Position numbers and translations under genes: made by a program
The notes under the pieces: model-generated
The model's input: the letters and a program-made list of their open reading frames with translations, nothing else
What the model was told of the DNA's origin: nothing
Database searches by the model: none
NCBI GenBank assembly: GCA_051252135.1
Contig: JBPOGH010000008.1
Coordinates: 128,001 to 192,000, forward strand
Reading direction: 5' to 3'
Length of the DNA: 64,000 bases
From: Verrucomicrobiaceae bacterium
Lineage (GTDB): Bacteria > Verrucomicrobiota > Verrucomicrobiia > Verrucomicrobiales > Akkermansiaceae
Shown: positions 60,560 through 64,000 of the stretch, piece by piece
How positions within the stretch are numbered: position 1 is the first letter of the stretch
How the letters are laid out: each line of letters opens with the position of its first letter

Positions 60560-60657
60560 TGAACGTTGAACAGTGAACGTCCAACTCTGAAGGTTGAAAT
60601 GCTTGGGGGAGGGGGATGAAATTTGAAATTTGAACACGAACAGTGAGATTTGAACGA
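60560..60657. repeat. Two arrays of degenerate 7-bp tandem repeats (TGAAnnn)
   Basis: TGAACGT TGAACAG TGAACGT CCAACTC TGAAGGT TGAAATG, a G-rich spacer, then TGAAATT TGAAATT TGAACA CGAACAG TGAGATT TGAACGA. Confidence 0.75.
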
Positions 60658-60686
60658 CTTGGTTGGGGGGGGCCTGGTTGAGGGGG

Positions 60687-62543
60687 CTAGTCGTTGAACA
60701 TGGAGACGTTCTCGGCGAGGGTGCCCATGCGGAGTTCGTTGGTGCTGGATTTTTCTTTGAGGTGTTTGTCGAACCAGGTCTTGGGGATGGCTTTGGTTTC
60801 GCGGATTTGCATGAGGGTGTTGATGATCATGGCTTCGTTGGTGACGGAGAGGCCGGCGTCGAGCCCGGTGATGAGGGCCTGGACGGCGGATTGTTTGTGG
60901 CCGATGTTGTGGAGGGCGATGGCGGCCTGGGCGCGGATGAGGGGGACGGGGTCTTTGAGTCCGGCGACGATGACTTTTTCGCTGGAGGCGGCTTTTTGGC
61001 CGAGGGTGACGAGGCCGCTGTAGGCCCAGAAGCGGGCGAGGGGGCTTTTGTGGGTGGCGGCTTGTTCGAGGGCGGGTTGGCCATCGGGATCGCCTGAGGA
61101 GGCGATGAAGGCGAGGTTGAGGAGGTTGCGGCAGTCTTCTTCCGAAGCGGCGGCGGCGGTCTCCATGATGGTCTTGTCGCCGCGGACTTCGTCGAAGAGG
61201 GGTTCGGGGATGAGGCCGGTATCGCGGATGGTGAGCATGTGGCCGAGGAGTTTGTCGCGCAGGGAGGCGAGGCGCCCGGCGTGGGCGGGATCGGCGGCGA
61301 GGTTGTTGATTTCCCAGGGATCGGCCTGGGTGTCGTAGAGTTCCTCGGAGGGTTGGTTGTTTTCCCAGAGGGAGGCGTGGACGCCGGTGAGTTTTCCTTC
61401 TTTCCAGGCGTTGCGCCAGGCGGGCCAGGAGGCCATTTGGAATTGGTAGAAGGAGTAGGGGGCGGCCCAGGTGTGGGGGGTGAAGTGGCGGACGTACTTG
61501 TAGCGGTCGGTGGCGATGCCGCGGCGGAGGCCGTAGATTTCATCGAAGCGGTCGGCAAAGAGGAAGGCGTAGGGTTCTTTGGCGGGTTCTTCGCGGTTGG
61601 GGCCGAGGAAGGGGCGGCCTTGCATGTTGGGGTCGTCCTTTAGGCCGACGAGGGAGAGGAGGGTGGGGGCGAGATCGACGAAGGAGACGATTTCGTTGCT
61701 AACGGTTCCGTTTTGGAAGGTGCTGAGGTGTTTCCACTTTTCGGGGACGTGGATGATCATGGGGATGCGGACTCCGGTATCGTGGAGGTAGCGCTTGCCG
61801 CGGGGGGTGGGGCCTCCGTGGTCGCCGTAGTAGAAGATGATGGTGTTGTCTGCGAGGCCGTCCTTTTTGAGCTTGGCAAGAATGTCGCCGATCTGGGTGT
61901 CGAGGGCGGTCATGGTGTCGTGGTAGACGGCGAAGTCATGGCGCATCTCGGGGAGGTCGGGGAGGTAGGGCGGGAGCTTGAGGGTGGCGGGATCGAGGCG
62001 GGGGGTTTGGGGGATGAGGCCTTTTTTGCGGTTGGCGGCGATCTTACCGGGGAAGAGGTTGGACTCGTGGGAGATGGTGAGGTTGAAGATGGAGAAGAAG
62101 GGTTTTCCTTCGGGGCGTTTGTTGTAGTGGGCTTTGGGGGAGCAGTCGTCCCAGAGTTTCTTATCGTTGCCCTCGAAGTTGTAGTCGGTCTTGGAGGCGT
62201 TGGAGGTGTAGTAGCCGGCCTTGCGGAGGTGGGTGACGTAGGGGGTGAGGTGGGAGGGGATGGGGTGGCGGCTGCGCATGTGCTGGGTGCCCATGGTGGG
62301 GGAGGAGATGCCCATGAGGATGGTGGCGCGGGCGACGGCGCAGACGGGTGCGTTGGAGTAGGCGTGGGTGAAGCGGGTGCTGCGAGCGGCGAGGGCGTCG
62401 AGATTGGGCGTTTGGGCTTCGTCATTTCCGTAGCAGCCGAGCCAGTGGGAGGCGTTATCTTCGCTGACGATCCAGAGGATGTTGGGTTTATCGGCGGCGA
62501 GCGCGAGGGTGGGGAGCAGGAGGATGAGGAGGAAACGGATCAT
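60687..62543 (-). CDS. Exported sulfatase with C-terminal HEAT repeats
   Basis: KPNILWI.SED, TPNLD.LA, CAVAR (CxxxR), GDHG, D.APT.L, EELYD...DPWE..NLA. Confidence 0.92.
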   Translation of the reverse strand: MIRFLLILLLPTLALAADKPNILWIVSEDNASHWLGCYGNDEAQTPNLDALAARSTRFTHAYSNAPVCAVARATILMGISSPTMGTQHMRSRHPIPSHLTPYVTHLRKAGYYTSNASKTDYNFEGNDKKLWDDCSPKAHYNKRPEGKPFFSIFNLTISHESNLFPGKIAANRKKGLIPQTPRLDPATLKLPPYLPDLPEMRHDFAVYHDTMTALDTQIGDILAKLKKDGLADNTIIFYYGDHGGPTPRGKRYLHDTGVRIPMIIHVPEKWKHLSTFQNGTVSNEIVSFVDLAPTLLSLVGLKDDPNMQGRPFLGPNREEPAKEPYAFLFADRFDEIYGLRRGIATDRYKYVRHFTPHTWAAPYSFYQFQMASWPAWRNAWKEGKLTGVHASLWENNQPSEELYDTQADPWEINNLAADPAHAGRLASLRDKLLGHMLTIRDTGLIPEPLFDEVRGDKTIMETAAAASEEDCRNLLNLAFIASSGDPDGQPALEQAATHKSPLARFWAYSGLVTLGQKAASSEKVIVAGLKDPVPLIRAQAAIALHNIGHKQSAVQALITGLDAGLSVTNEAMIINTLMQIRETKAIPKTWFDKHLKEKSSTNELRMGTLAENVSMFND

Positions 62544-62639
62544 GGTGTTGGAAAATGTGTCGGGGAGAGTGGAATTTGAAACGTAAAATGCGATGAGACG
62601 CTTTCAACCGGGGTGAATTATTGAGGGGAAGTGGCGGGC

Positions 62640-62828
62640 TCAATCATCGTCATGGCCGCCGGAGACGGCGTCGATTCCGGTTTCGGCGGCCATCCCGGCG
62701 ATTCCGAGGGTGGTGGCGGCGGTCTTCCCCACGATTTTGATCGGGGTGGTGACGAGGGAACATGAGGCGAGTAGGAAAAAGAGGGAACCGCAGGAAAGCA
62801 GGAGTGGCATTTTTGGAAGGTGGTTCAA
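62640..62828 (-). CDS. Small lipoprotein
   Basis: LLASC lipobox, SLVTTPIKIVGK amphipathic segment. Confidence 0.6.
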   Translation of the reverse strand: MNHLPKMPLLLSCGSLFFLLASCSLVTTPIKIVGKTAATTLGIAGMAAETGIDAVSGGHDDD

Positions 62829-62841
62829 AACGGACCGTTAA

Positions 62842-63573
62842 TCAAGGGGAGGTATTGGTGGTGGGGAGGAGTTTTGAGCGGAGCGCGGAGATCCAGATTT
62901 GGTAGCCGGCGGGATTGAGGTGGAGGCCGTCGCCGAGGTGGAGGTGGGGGAGGAGGAGGCCATTTTGGTCGGTAAATTGAGGTGAGGGCGGGAGAAATCC
63001 GGTGTGTGGGGTGGCGTCGGCGAAGGTGGCGAGCTGTTGGTTGAGGGTGGTGATTCTGGAGGTGGAAATTTTGAACGGGTGTCCGGGGGCGGAGGGATCG
63101 AGGGGGAGGATGCCGCTGATGAGGACGGGGGTGTTTGGGGGGAGGGAGGCGCGGATGGTTTTGATATTTTGGAGGGTGGCGGCGTCCTCGCGGTGGTGCA
63201 TGTCATTGATGCCGATGGCGAGGACGATGGTTTTTGCGCGTGCTAGGGAGGGGTAGTGCGGGAGGCGGTCGAGGAGGCCGGAGGTGGTGTCGCCTCCGAT
63301 GCCGTAGTTGACGGCGAGGGGGGTGACGGCGGAGACGCAGAGGCCCTGGGTGATGCTATCGCCAAGGAAGATGGTGGCTTGGTCGGGGATGGCGGGGTCC
63401 ATTTGGCGATGGTAGGAGACCATGCGCTGGTAGTGGGCGGCGTGGGGGTTTGGGTGTTCGCCGGTGAGTTTTGATTTGAGGCGCGGGAGGAAGTCGCTCT
63501 TCCAGAGGACGAGGGCGAGGAGGAGGTGGTTGATGACGAGGTATCCGGCGAGGGTTCGGTGGCGGCGACTCAT
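62842..63573 (-). CDS. GDSL/SGNH lipase-esterase
   Basis: FLGDSITQG, NYGIGGDTT, GIND, DGLHLN..GY. The start at MSRRHR is inferred. Confidence 0.88.
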   Translation of the reverse strand: MSRRHRTLAGYLVINHLLLALVLWKSDFLPRLKSKLTGEHPNPHAAHYQRMVSYHRQMDPAIPDQATIFLGDSITQGLCVSAVTPLAVNYGIGGDTTSGLLDRLPHYPSLARAKTIVLAIGINDMHHREDAATLQNIKTIRASLPPNTPVLISGILPLDPSAPGHPFKISTSRITTLNQQLATFADATPHTGFLPPSPQFTDQNGLLLPHLHLGDGLHLNPAGYQIWISALRSKLLPTTNTSP

Positions 63574-63809
63574 GGGGAGGATCAGGCTGATGATTTTGAA
63601 CCCCGGAGGTTTGCCGATCATCACAGGCCCGAACAGCATTGATTTGGGTGAGGGTGGTTTCCCGGGGGGTGGAGGCGGGGAGGGTTTTGAAAAAGAAGGG
63701 GCATTATTTTTGTCCGGCCTTGCAAGGGCTTCCCAATCCAAGGGTGACAGGACGGGGATTGGTGAACGATCCCTGCTGACTCAAAACAACAAAGCAAAAA
63801 ACAAGTACG

Positions 63810-64000
63810 ATGAAAACAGTAGTTACAATGATGGCGGCCTCGGTCGTGACAATCCAGGCAGCAGTTCTTACCGGAACGGGGACCCATTTACCGCTTCCTC
63901 CGATTCCCCATGACACGGGATACAATCATGAAGCCCCTACGATCACGACGGTGTCGGGAGGATATACCGCAACCTGGAGTTCCGCGGTAGAGGCAGCGTG
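63810..64000 (+). CDS. Exported protein, N-terminal fragment truncated by window edge
   Basis: MKTVVTMMAASVVTIQAAVL... is open to the window end, after an A-rich leader. Confidence 0.55.
   Translation, partial: MKTVVTMMAASVVTIQAAVLTGTGTHLPLPPIPHDTGYNHEAPTITTVSGGYTATWSSAVEAA

Noticed and set aside
60100..60560. intI remnant or LexA box
   Set aside because: No tyrosine-recombinase motifs and no TGTTC-N4-GAACA recognised by eye.
60560..60657. CRISPR array
   Set aside because: Units are 7 bp with no spacers, and there are no cas genes.
62328..62342. Sulfatase CAVAR motif as a sign of inactivation
   Set aside because: The Cys and Arg of CxxxR are kept, and variation at the middle position is tolerated in this family.

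Overview
A gene-dense, GC-rich bacterial chromosomal window. It is most likely from a free-living verrucomicrobium (inference from five VPEP-CTERM proteins, sulfatase, DUF1080, NPCBM, SASA and tricorn genes). Housekeeping genes (rnc, tsaE, rplU-rpmA, trmL, mnmG, ribD, ugd) are mixed with exported carbohydrate- and peptide-processing proteins, an Rrf2 / nirK-cytochrome c / FGE-like / SCO module and an nnrS-truncated haemoglobin pair. Four signals stand out that the ORF track does not show. (1) Two FG-GAP ORFs are one reading frame joined by an in-frame TGA (W-U-C) with a SECIS-like hairpin, suggesting an exported selenoprotein. (2) In a DUF3570-ApbE-DUF4266-Ig operon, two proteins share a non-canonical flavinylation-like motif, DxL[ST]GQT. 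(3) A complete integron gene cassette sits behind an attI-like site with no intI nearby, followed by a vapBC module. (4) Two parS-like palindromes lie inside mnmG, near a GC-skew reversal. No rRNA, tRNA, CRISPR array or transposase was recognised. All family calls come from motif recognition by eye; no database searches were run.
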